Shown here: in pieces, positions 26,225-35,900 of the stretch
Numbering within the stretch: the first letter of the stretch is position 1
Layout: the number at the start of each line of letters is the position of its first letter
Source of the DNA: an archaeon
GTDB lineage: Archaea > Nanobdellota > Nanobdellia > Pacearchaeales > GW2011-AR1
Assembly (NCBI GenBank): GCA_018651605.1
Contig: JABIDS010000010.1
Location: 32,053-96,052 of the forward strand
Reading direction: 5' to 3'
DNA length: 64,000 bases
Made by a program: the position numbers and the translations under genes
Notes under the pieces: generated by a model
The model's database searches: none
What the model saw: only the letters and a program-made list of their open reading frames with translations
What the model was told of the DNA's origin: nothing

Positions 26225-26704
26225 TTATTTCTTCTTCTTAACCCCCACTGCTTTCTTCTTACCCTTAGCTCTAAAGTGTGCTTTAGTCCTCTGTCCTCTA
26301 GCAGGATGCCCAAACGCATGTCTAAGTCCCCTATAAGAACGAATTTTCTTCAAACGTCTAATATCAAACTCTTTCTTCATATCAAGCTTAGTTCCAACCA
26401 AATGCGAATCCTCACCAGTTTCAAAATCTTTTCTCCGATTAACTAAATGTGAAGGCAAAGAAGGATTATCTAAAAAATCAGTTATCTTTTTAATTTCCTC
26501 ATCACTTAAATCTGCAATCTTTCTATTTACATCAAAATTTAACAATTTACAAACAGCATTTGAAATAGTCCAAGAAATTCCTTTAATATAAGTCAAACCA
26601 GTCAAAAGATTTTTATTCCCAGGAATATCTGTTTGCAGAATTCTAATTATTGAAAAGTATTCTTTTTTCTTATCTGGTCTTTCTTGTTTTGTTTCTTGTT
26701 CCAT
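26225..26704 (-). CDS. rps13: 30S ribosomal protein S13 (uS13)
   Basis: RILQTDIPGNK...LTYIKGI...YRGLRHAFGHPARGQRTKAHFR is the S13 pattern. It is the first gene of the S13-S4-S11-RpoD block. Confidence 0.9.
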   Translation of the reverse strand: MEQETKQERPDKKKEYFSIIRILQTDIPGNKNLLTGLTYIKGISWTISNAVCKLLNFDVNRKIADLSDEEIKKITDFLDNPSLPSHLVNRRKDFETGEDSHLVGTKLDMKKEFDIRRLKKIRSYRGLRHAFGHPARGQRTKAHFRAKGKKKAVGVKKKK

Positions 26705-26749
26705 TTTCTATTAATCACCTAAATCTCAAATAGCCAAAGCTAATGCTTT

Positions 26750-27289
26750 CTATTTCCCCATAAATAAATAATATTTCTCCTTACCCATTATTTCATCCCA
26801 AAGTCTTTTCACAACAGCTTTCTTAGGATCTGGCAAATTTGAAACTCTTTTCTTCAAATCTTCTAAAGTCTCAAATCGTTTTTTATTTCTTTCATCTAAA
26901 ATTGACTCAGTATGCTTCTTTCCAAAACCAGGCAATAATTCAAACTGGTGCAACCTAGTATTTATCGCTTCAGCATCATTAAAAAAACTAACAATCATTT
27001 CTTCTTTCTCTCCAACATGTTTTTCAATAAAATCATTCAATTGCATCTTAGAAGTCTCGGTTAATTTATGTTCAGGAATTTTCCCAAGAATATAATAAAT
27101 CTTTTCTCTCTTGCCTTCTCCAATATAAACTTTTTCATCAACTTCTAACTTCATTCCTCTTCTAGGAACTAATTGCAATAAAGTAAAATTTCTAACTCCA
27201 ATAGCTTGAGCTACAGGCATCATTTTATTTTCTAAAGGATAACCATAAGGTAAAAAATCCAAAACTATCGCGTGTTCTTCTTTTTCCAT
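26750..27289 (-). CDS. DUF655-family putative RNA-binding protein
   Basis: AIVLDFLPYGYP...LLPGFGKKHTESIL (HhH) matches the family. The gene holds the conserved archaeal position after L21e-RpoF. Confidence 0.7.
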   Translation of the reverse strand: MEKEEHAIVLDFLPYGYPLENKMMPVAQAIGVRNFTLLQLVPRRGMKLEVDEKVYIGEGKREKIYYILGKIPEHKLTETSKMQLNDFIEKHVGEKEEMIVSFFNDAEAINTRLHQFELLPGFGKKHTESILDERNKKRFETLEDLKKRVSNLPDPKKAVVKRLWDEIMGKEKYYLFMGK

Positions 27290-27290
27290 T

Positions 27291-27623
27291 TTATTTACTG
27301 TTCTTCACAATCTCAAGAACTTTATTTACTTCTTCCTCAGACAAACTAACATCTACAAAAATCTTATTCAAATCACTTGCATCCTTTGGAAGCAAATCAA
27401 CAATCTTAACCAAATGCTCTCTTTTCATCTTCAACAAATCAAGATCCTCCAAATCCTCCTTAATCTTCTTTGCCTGAGCAGGTTTAGTCTTTAAAAATTT
27501 CTTCATATAAGCTTCCATCTCTTCCTTTTTCTCACTATCCTCAATATCTTTAAGTAACTCTTGTACTTCATTCAAATTTAATGGTGTTCTGTCTAATATC
27601 ATTTTACGAAATTTGCCCTGCAA
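27291..27623 (-). CDS. rpoF: DNA-directed RNA polymerase subunit F (Rpo4)
   Basis: The protein is 110 aa and helical. LNLNEVQELLKD...VKIVDLLPKDASDLNKIF fits RpoF, as does the synteny between L21e and DUF655. Confidence 0.6.
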   Translation of the reverse strand: MQGKFRKMILDRTPLNLNEVQELLKDIEDSEKKEEMEAYMKKFLKTKPAQAKKIKEDLEDLDLLKMKREHLVKIVDLLPKDASDLNKIFVDVSLSEEEVNKVLEIVKNSK

Positions 27624-27654
27624 ATGAGTATTTGAAAATTTTTAATTTTCATAT

Positions 27655-27906
27655 TTATTTTAATTTCCTCAAATGAACAGGATGAATAATATATGATTTA
27701 TCCTTATTTAAATCTTTTATTTCAACAATATACGAATTTCCTCGCTTACTTGCAACAACTCCACTTCTACCTTGCAACTGCTTTGGAAACTTCGGCCTTT
27801 CAGCTAACTCTCTCACAACTGCAACCCTATCTCCAGCCTTAAACTCTTGAAAGTAATTACTAAGCTTAATCTTTCCATGGTCTTTCATTTTTTTTCGCTT
27901 ATTCAT
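27655..27906 (-). CDS. rpl21e: 50S ribosomal protein L21e (eL21)
   Basis: I use the ATG at 27906. FKAGDRVAVV...GRSGVVASKRGNSYIVEI...HPVHLRKL is the L21e SH3-like pattern. Confidence 0.8.
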   Translation of the reverse strand: MNKRKKMKDHGKIKLSNYFQEFKAGDRVAVVRELAERPKFPKQLQGRSGVVASKRGNSYIVEIKDLNKDKSYIIHPVHLRKLK

Positions 27907-28042
27907 TTTAAAATCTAAACTAAGAACTAATTTTAATATTATTAGTGCTCTTAGGTCATTTAAGATGATATTGTATATCATCCACTAATTTACTTTCTCT
28001 CTAATTTTCTTAGAAATAACACCTTTAAAAAGGTTTGTATCA

Positions 28043-28207
28043 CTAAATCCGACTCTGTTCCAAATCACCTCTATCCTGTGCCTCTTCCATATTAGAAACA
28101 ATTGCCTCAAACATCCTATCTCCAAAAACCCCTTTTCCACATCGCTCACAAAAATCTATAACACTTTTATCAGCAACCTCACATTTACAGTAGATACATT
28201 TTTTCAT
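28043..28207 (-). CDS. Small zinc-ribbon protein (54 aa)
   Basis: This ORF is below the ORF-track cutoff. The translation is MKKCIYCKCEVADKSVIDFCERCGKGVFGDRMFEAIVSNMEEAQDRGDLEQSRI, with CxxC...CxxC. It lies directly downstream of the beta-propeller gene. Confidence 0.45.
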   Translation of the reverse strand: MKKCIYCKCEVADKSVIDFCERCGKGVFGDRMFEAIVSNMEEAQDRGDLEQSRI

Positions 28208-28276
28208 AATTTTACCTCTTTTAAATTTATAAAATTATTTATCAAAAAGAGTTTATAAATTTATATGTGAAAAATC

Positions 28277-30478
28277 TCAAAAAACCAACTCACCAACACT
28301 TCCCAAACCCTCCAACAAATTCATCCCAATTTTTTTATCAGAAAAAGTATACAAAATATCTCCAATATACAAACTCCTTCTAATTGCAGAACTCCCTCTA
28401 AAATAATATCCACTTTTCTTAAACTCATCATCATTATCATAATGACTCACACGACCCTTTAACTCAAATCCTTCATCTAAACTAAGCCCATAAACATAAG
28501 CTCCTTGAAAAACAAAATCCCCATATTGATTAGCTTCACTCTTCTCACCTTTAATTTCTGCCAAAGTAATCGGCAAAACCAACAATTCTTTCTCTCTATC
28601 AAACAAAAAAGCCTTATGATTATGCAAAGCTTCTGAATCAGTTCCCCTATCTCCAATAACAACCTTATGCAACTCTATAGGATTCTCAACATCACTCACA
28701 TCAAACAAAGCCATCTTAACTCCTTGATACCATGCAAAATCCCTAAACTCTCCCTCAGCCTCAACAGCCTCCTTACCAATACCAATAATGTGATTTTCAT
28801 CATAAGGATGTAGATAATCAGAATAACCCGGTATTTTCAACTTCCCCAAGATAACTGGATTATCCTCAGAAAAATCAATCACAAACAAAGGATCAACTTT
28901 CTTAAATGTAACAACATATCCTTTCTCCCCCATAAACCTAACAGAATAAATACTTTCTCCAGGAGCCAAATCTTCCAACTCTCCAATAACATTCAAATCA
29001 GAATCAAGAACATAGATATTATTCACAGATTTTTTCTCACTATCCCAAACTTGCCCAACAGTCGTCGCAATTCTAAAATTTCCTTCAAACTCATCCATTG
29101 AAAACTGATTCAAAATATGCCCCTTAACCTCACCACTACTAACAAATTTAATATCTCCCTCATCCAAAGAAAATTTACTAACAACAGTCTTCTCACGAGA
29201 ATTTTCACTATCAATCAAACCTCCAACCCTATAAACCGGCCATGAAGTCTGAGCAATATACAAATTCTCTAGAGACGCATAAACATTCTGTCCATTTCCA
29301 ACAATAACTTCTTTCACAATCTCCCTATCTTCATCATCCATTGAAATAGAAGCCATTGTTATAAAACTCTGAGCCTGAATAGGTTGAATATAACCAATAT
29401 CAACACATCTAGCAATAGGCATCATCTCACCACCATTTTCACTATATTGAGGAACAACCTCCAAACAAGAACCTTTATCATAAAAACGAGGATAAGAATT
29501 CATAACAAAATAAACATCACTACCAATTTTACGAGAAGTCAAATAATTCCCTTCAAAATCAATACCTCTCAATAATTCAGGTTCACCCTTATCACTAACA
29601 TCAAATAATTTAACAGATGTAAAATCAAACCGAGGATATCTATCCGGAGCAAAACCAATCTCTTCTTCAGGAAAACCTGTCTGAATTTCTTGAACACTCC
29701 TACCAAAAATCAACAATCTATCATCATCAATAAAAATCTCAGAACCATAAAAATCCTCAAACTTAGTAATACTCAAGATTTCTGCATCACCAACAGGATA
29801 AGCCTTAGCAATAATCAACTTACCTTCAGCAATAGCATAAATATATTCTCCATCTGTTTTAATAATATCTGCCTCATCAACTCCTGCAACTTGCACATTA
29901 GTTTCAGAATAACTTGCAGATTCATCCCCACCAAAACTCTTAGCAGTATTAGCAACAGCCATATCCATCTCCATTATCCCGCCTCCAAAACCTCCACGCC
30001 CCTGAACATTCTCAAAAGCCTTAATCAATTCATCTCCAGACTCAAACCTCAAAAGACCTCCATCTCTAACATCAACACCCTCATCATTAATCATATCTAC
30101 AACAAACAACAAAACTAACGCAAGAACAATCACAGGCAAAATCCCTTTCAAATAACTAAGACTTGGTTTTCTTCCAGGAGAAATTATAATATGTTTTCGA
30201 GCTAACTTATACATATTAATTTTCCGACCTTTAACACTCCAGAAAAAATTCTTAGCTTTCTCAACTAAACCAGCCTTAATCAAATTTTTAATATTATAAC
30301 CAACAGTATTCATAGCAATACCTGTCCCATCTGAAATCTCCTTCTCACTCGCCTCTTTAACATCTCCCAAATAATCAATTATCTTTTTACATGTTTTATT
30401 TTTAAGAACTTCTGCAACCTTTCCAGAACGCTCGTCATTCAAATCCATTAATATAAATTTGTCATCCATAAAAAACAT
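28277..30478 (-). CDS. Membrane protein: N-terminal winged-helix (ArsR-like) + TM + extracellular beta-propeller domain (COG4880-like)
   Basis: The N-terminal HTH is KVAEVLKNKTCKKIIDYLGD..ASEKEISDGTGIAMNTVGYNIKNLIKAGLV. A single TM segment (ILPVIVLALVLLFVV) follows. The remainder contains GVDEADIIKTDGEYIY and repeated blade-like segments. Confidence 0.65.
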   Translation of the reverse strand: MFFMDDKFILMDLNDERSGKVAEVLKNKTCKKIIDYLGDVKEASEKEISDGTGIAMNTVGYNIKNLIKAGLVEKAKNFFWSVKGRKINMYKLARKHIIISPGRKPSLSYLKGILPVIVLALVLLFVVDMINDEGVDVRDGGLLRFESGDELIKAFENVQGRGGFGGGIMEMDMAVANTAKSFGGDESASYSETNVQVAGVDEADIIKTDGEYIYAIAEGKLIIAKAYPVGDAEILSITKFEDFYGSEIFIDDDRLLIFGRSVQEIQTGFPEEEIGFAPDRYPRFDFTSVKLFDVSDKGEPELLRGIDFEGNYLTSRKIGSDVYFVMNSYPRFYDKGSCLEVVPQYSENGGEMMPIARCVDIGYIQPIQAQSFITMASISMDDEDREIVKEVIVGNGQNVYASLENLYIAQTSWPVYRVGGLIDSENSREKTVVSKFSLDEGDIKFVSSGEVKGHILNQFSMDEFEGNFRIATTVGQVWDSEKKSVNNIYVLDSDLNVIGELEDLAPGESIYSVRFMGEKGYVVTFKKVDPLFVIDFSEDNPVILGKLKIPGYSDYLHPYDENHIIGIGKEAVEAEGEFRDFAWYQGVKMALFDVSDVENPIELHKVVIGDRGTDSEALHNHKAFLFDREKELLVLPITLAEIKGEKSEANQYGDFVFQGAYVYGLSLDEGFELKGRVSHYDNDDEFKKSGYYFRGSSAIRRSLYIGDILYTFSDKKIGMNLLEGLGSVGELVF

Positions 30479-30530
30479 AAAACTAATTACTATTTAAATA
30501 CAGCGAAGAGTTCGAACACATTAGAACTTA

Positions 30531-31415
30531 TCAATACTTCTCTCTTCTTTTCTTCTTCTTCCACCTTCTCCAAAACCACCAACCAACACCCAAAACCACC
30601 AAACCAATAATAACATTCCTCAAAGTCTGACTCTTAACCTTTCCTAAATCTTTTCCACTATGCATAGTCAAAACTGCTGCAACCTCGTCCTCAATAGGAT
30701 TATTCATAGCATCCTTATAAGTAATTTTCAAAGGAATCAAAACCTCATCATTACCCTTCACTTTAATCCTATAATCAACAGACTCAAAATCATCAGAATC
30801 CAAATCACCAACATAAACTTTCTTCGGAGACAAAATCTTATACCTCTCAGATTCTTTTAACTCAACAGTCAAAAATTTAATATCTGCAACATTATTATTA
30901 ACAAATTTAACACTTATCTCTCCCAACTTTTTACCTCTATAAACATCACTCTCCTCAATCTGAACATACATCTTTGGTTTACTCTTAACAATTATAGAAA
31001 TTTTATATTCATCATTTCTCTCCTCACCAATATGGTTAATATAATCAACACTCAAATTAGCAACATAAATTCCTTCAGAAATTCCTGGCAAAGCAATGAT
31101 ACTAAACTCCATTACCCCACTACCTTCTGAAACTAATTTAAAAATCTTTTTTTGAGAAACATCATTAAACATCCCAATCTCATCAGGAAGTTTTAATTCT
31201 GCCCTAATATCTTTAGTAAATTCATTTCCCTGATTACTTATCTCTGCCCTCAATATTGCAGCAACACCAGGCTCAATAGTCGCAGGCTCTGTTTCCAAAC
31301 CATCAACAACAATTACATGTCCAAAATTCAATCTCTGCCAATTATCTGTATCTAATGCACTTACTCCAGCTACAAAAAATACAACCATTACAATCAAAAT
31401 TAATTTCATCCTCAT
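30531..31415 (-). CDS. Secreted, C-terminally anchored Ig-like/CARDB-like surface protein (COG1361-like)
   Basis: It has a signal peptide, two beta-rich modules, the motif YVGDLDSDDFESVDYRIKV, and a C-terminal TM plus polybasic tail WWFWRRWKKKKRREKY. It is a paralog of 47201-48079. Confidence 0.6.
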   Translation of the reverse strand: MRMKLILIVMVVFFVAGVSALDTDNWQRLNFGHVIVVDGLETEPATIEPGVAAILRAEISNQGNEFTKDIRAELKLPDEIGMFNDVSQKKIFKLVSEGSGVMEFSIIALPGISEGIYVANLSVDYINHIGEERNDEYKISIIVKSKPKMYVQIEESDVYRGKKLGEISVKFVNNNVADIKFLTVELKESERYKILSPKKVYVGDLDSDDFESVDYRIKVKGNDEVLIPLKITYKDAMNNPIEDEVAAVLTMHSGKDLGKVKSQTLRNVIIGLVVLGVGWWFWRRWKKKKRREKY

Positions 31416-31451
31416 TTTTATATTATATCAATAACACTCTCCTTTAAAAAG

Positions 31452-32666
31452 TTACTCATACCTCAAAGCATCCACTGGCCTTAATTTACTTGCTTGATAA
31501 GAAGGTAAAAACCCCGCCAACACACCAACAACAAAAGCAAAAGCCAATGAACCAAAGATAATCATAGGGTCCATAGATGCCCTCAACATATCCACACCAA
31601 AAACAACCCTCGCAGTATATTCAATTCCTTTTGAAATAATAATCCCCACAATAACTCCCAAACCCCCTCCAACCAATCCAAGAATCCCAGATTCAATAAC
31701 AAAAATACTAAGTATATCTTCATTCCTCGCACCAACAGCCTTCATAGTTCCAATCTCCTTCTGCCTCTCTAAAACAGAAGTATACATAGTATTAGCAATT
31801 CCAATCCCTCCAACCAACATAGAAATAGCCCCAATACCCAAAAGAAAACCAATCAAAATATTAAACACCATTCCAAAAGTTTCCATAATTGCTTCAGGAG
31901 TCAAGATAGAAAAATCAACAGTCTTCTCATCAACATCTCTAAAATTCATTAATTTTTTCTTAACTCTTGCAGAGACTTCACTCATATCCTCACCTTCCTT
32001 AATCTCAATCCAAAGCATATCAACTCTATCTCCAGAATCAAACAATTCCTGAAAATCATTAAAATTAATATAAACCTGCTGATCATCTCCAGGATTCCCA
32101 ACCTCACTAACAATCCCTGCAACCTCAAATTCAATATCATTAACTTCAACACTATCTCCAGGTTTAACATTCTTACCCATTAGTTTTCTATGCCCATAAT
32201 TATAACCCATAAGAATCTTTTTACTATCACTATCTTTCAAAAATCTTCCATCTTCTACTTCAATCCCAGAAGCTTCAAAAACTAATTGAGCTTCTTTTTC
32301 ATCTTCAGGCAATCCAAGAACAAAATAATATCGCGTTTTTTCATTAAACTCCATTTTTCCATTTCCAATAACAAAATATGTCACATCCTCAATACCTTTA
32401 ATTTTTTTAACAATTTCATAATCATCTAAAGTTAATTCAACAGCACCCTCCCCACCAAAACCACTTGCTGAACCTTTGGGCTGTATAAAAAATTTATTCC
32501 CTCCCAACATTTCAAATTGGTCATCAACAAAATCCTTCAAACCCAAAGACAAACTCAACAAAACAAAAATCGTAACAATAGCTAAAAAAATCCCCAAGAT
32601 AGTTAACACACTTCTAGCTTTTCTTTCAACCAAACTTCTAATCGAGAGTCTTAAATAATCATGCAT
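31452..32666 (-). CDS. ABC transporter permease, FtsX/MacB type
   Basis: The N-terminus is SIRSLVERKARSVLTILGIFLAIVTI. A large extracytoplasmic domain follows, then C-terminal FtsX helices with GIANTMYTSVLERQKEIGTMKAVGA and a RPVDALRYE ending. Confidence 0.8.
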   Translation of the reverse strand: MHDYLRLSIRSLVERKARSVLTILGIFLAIVTIFVLLSLSLGLKDFVDDQFEMLGGNKFFIQPKGSASGFGGEGAVELTLDDYEIVKKIKGIEDVTYFVIGNGKMEFNEKTRYYFVLGLPEDEKEAQLVFEASGIEVEDGRFLKDSDSKKILMGYNYGHRKLMGKNVKPGDSVEVNDIEFEVAGIVSEVGNPGDDQQVYINFNDFQELFDSGDRVDMLWIEIKEGEDMSEVSARVKKKLMNFRDVDEKTVDFSILTPEAIMETFGMVFNILIGFLLGIGAISMLVGGIGIANTMYTSVLERQKEIGTMKAVGARNEDILSIFVIESGILGLVGGGLGVIVGIIISKGIEYTARVVFGVDMLRASMDPMIIFGSLAFAFVVGVLAGFLPSYQASKLRPVDALRYE

Positions 32667-32824
32667 TTTAATTCAACACCTTTTATAACATATTATCTAA
32701 AGGAGACTTTATATTTTTAATTGTTCCAACAGAGCCTTATACCATATAAAATTTCAAGACAAAAACATTTAAATACTAAGTAAAGCTAAGTAATAATAAA
32801 TCACAATAAGTATTACTAAGTAAA

Positions 32825-32965
32825 ATGAAAAAAGAGGAAAAACTGAAGAAATTTTTATTAGAAATTCCTGAAGAAATATGGGAAAAATGGAAGCTCACAG
32901 TTCCTCGTTCTATTTCATTAAATAAAGCATTAATAGAGTTATTAAAAAAGGAAGGAAAAAAATGA
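32825..32965 (+). CDS. Small ribbon-helix-helix (CopG/Arc-like) protein, 46 aa
   Basis: This ORF is below the ORF-track cutoff. The translation is MKKEEKLKKFLLEIPEEIWEKWKLTVPRSISLNKALIELLKKEGKK. Its TGA overlaps the ATG of the 1311-aa gene (ATGA at 32962-32965). Confidence 0.5.
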   Translation: MKKEEKLKKFLLEIPEEIWEKWKLTVPRSISLNKALIELLKKEGKK

Positions 32966-35900
32966 AATTTAAAATTATTTTGTTTCTTTTTGCACTTATC
33001 TTTTCATTAAATTTAGTTTCAGGGTTTTTAATCTCAGATCAAGGAACCAATGTAATAAACTTAACTTCAGGAAATTTAACAATATTAGCTAATTTAACAA
33101 TTAGTATATATGATAATGTCACTGGAGGAAATTTAGTCTTTGAACAAAATTTCAGCGATGGAATAGCCAATGGTTCCTGGAATGTAATGATTGATCCAAC
33201 CCTAGAATACGGAATAAGTTATTATAAAGATTATAAAATAAATAACGAAGACCTTGATTTTGATGGTAATGAAAGACTAGAATTTCAATCATCAGTTGGA
33301 GAAATTAATAATGTTTCATTTATTAATTTCTCAATAATAAACTCATGTTCTGCTGGAAGTTCAATAAGATTAATCTATGAAAATGGTAGTGTAGAGTGCG
33401 AGTCAGATGATGATTCTGGAAGTTTAAATATTACAAATTATGCATTAAAAAATCAATCAGAAACATTTACAGGCAATATCACAACTTCCCAAACAGGATT
33501 CTTTGGCTGGCTTGGAAGTTTAACTTCACGAATAACAAAATTATTCGCACAAGATATTAATTTCAATGGAACAATTAATGGAAGTGGGAATATAAATATT
33601 ACAGGAAATGTAACTGCAGAGTATTATTATGGAGATGGTTCACAATTATCTAATCTTCCTTCAACAGCAGGTGAAGGAATATATAATTCAACTTCATGGA
33701 ATAGGACTGAAGGAAACGTAACTCTAGCTAATCCTGGAGATTATGTTGGTATAGGAACAACAACACCAAACAATTTATTACAGGTAGAGGGATTAATTAA
33801 TTTTGAACCGGTTAGTTATAATATTGGATTAGGAATTTCAACACTTGCAGAATTAACAACCGGACTTAGAAATATTGCTATTGGAAGTGAAGCAGGAGAG
33901 AAATTAACAGAAGGGAATAATAATGTTTTTGTTGGAGATAAGGCAGGAGAAGAAACCACAACAGGAGATAATAATATAGCCTTTGGAAGAAATGCTCTTA
34001 CTGAGAATGTAGATGGTTATAGAAACTTTGCTATAGGTGACGGGGCTCTTTCTTCAAGTGCTACTACTTCTGATAATATGGGATTAGGACTTAATTCATT
34101 AGGTTTTTTAATTTATGGAACGCAAAATACCGCGATTGGGGGTTCTAGTTTAAGATTTACAGCAAAAGGAGATAGTAATGTAGGGATAGGTTATAGGGCA
34201 GGGAAAGGTATAGAAGGAGATTCTAATAAAAGCGACAATGTTTTTATAGGGCACGAAAGTGCATTGGATGTTTTATCAGGTGCAGATGAAAATGTAATAA
34301 TTGGTTCTTCATCAGGTGCTGGATTAACAACAGGAGCAAGTAATATATTTATAGGATATAAATCAGGATTTAATCAAAATACAAGTTCAAATACTTTAAT
34401 TATAGATAATCAGGATAGAGGAAGTATTATTAATGAAATAAGTAAATCCTTGATTTACGGAACATTTGATGCAGACCCTAATAATCAAAATTTAACTTTT
34501 AATGCAAATGTAGGTATAGGAACATCCTCACCAAACCAAAAACTAGAAGTCAATGGTTCAGGAAACTTTTCAGGTAATGTTTCAGCAGACTATTTCTGTA
34601 ATTCAACAGGAAGTTGTTGGAATACTCAAGGTGGTGCAAGCGGAGGTGATGCAAACTACCAATTCACAGATAATAATTTTAATGGGAGTGGAGATTTTAC
34701 AACAACTGGGGAAATTATTATTGAGGAAGACAACAAAAAACTATTATTAGGTGCAGGACAAGATGCTTCAATATTTTATAATGGTTCTGATATGATTATA
34801 AATCCTCAAGAGGTAGGTGATGGAGATTTACTTTTAACAGATGGTTCAAATACTTTAAGAAATACTTTAACAGGAACAAGGTATGTTTATAATTATGATG
34901 GAACTCAATATGATTTCCAAATAAATGGAACAAGTCATTTTAAAGTTACTTCAGCTACAAGTGGGATTTCAGTTGGTGACCAAGTTGAAGATTCTTTTAT
35001 AACTATGGGATCAGGTAATTATTTCACCTGGGATGCTGATGAAGATAGAATTAAAACTATTGGTGACTTTGGAATTTCAAGCACCTTTTCTTTTACTTCA
35101 AACACAGGATATCCTGATTATTTTGAACATATAGATATTGAAGAAGGTGATAAGTATTTAAAATGGAATATGAATAATTCAAATTATTATAATTGGTATT
35201 TTGATGAAGAAGAATTTATGAGATTAGATAGTATAGGGAATTTTACTATTCAAGGAAACATAACTGCAGACTATTTCTGTAATTCAACAGGAAGTTGTTG
35301 GAATACTCAAGGTGGTGCAAGCGGAGGTGATGCAAGTTACCAATTCACAGATAATAATTTTAATGGTTCAGGTAATTTTACAACTTTAGGAAATGTTGGA
35401 ATTGGAACTAATACTCCTAGTGACTTATTAAGTCTCAGTGCTTTAAATCCTACTTTTAAAATTTATGCTGATGGTGGTGGTGAAGCTAGGATTTGGATGC
35501 GTTCTAATAATGCAAATGAACAATCAGAAATTAAAATGCTTAGTGGAGGATTATGGGAATTTAGACATTTAGGTGAGGATGAAGATATTGTCTTTAGTGT
35601 TAATGATGGTGGTGTAGATACCGAATCTATGAGAATACAGGGAGATTCAGGTAATGTTGGAATTGGAACTGATAATCCTAGTGAATTATTACATTTATCT
35701 GCAGATAACCCAGTTCTTAGATTATCTGCAGAAACAGGTAGTTCAGCAACTATTAATCTGAGAGGTAATAATGCTAATGAAAATGCAACTATAACTATGT
35801 TGAATGATGGAGAATGGAGTTTTAAACATTCTGGAGAGGATGAGGATATTGTCTTTAATGTTAATGATGGTGGTGTGGATACAGAAATTATGAGGATAGA

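Noticed and set aside
29384-30118. Plus-strand ORFs 29384-29575 and 29690-30118, plus the minus-strand alternate-frame ORF 28477-28662.
   Set aside because: They are embedded in or antisense to the 733-aa beta-propeller gene and have low-complexity I/N/S composition.
34553-34750. Identical alternate-frame ORFs MVQETFQVMFQQTISVIQQEVVGILK... at 34553-34750 and 36245-36490.
   Set aside because: They exist only because the underlying DNA repeat is duplicated. They lie out of frame inside the 1311-aa gene.
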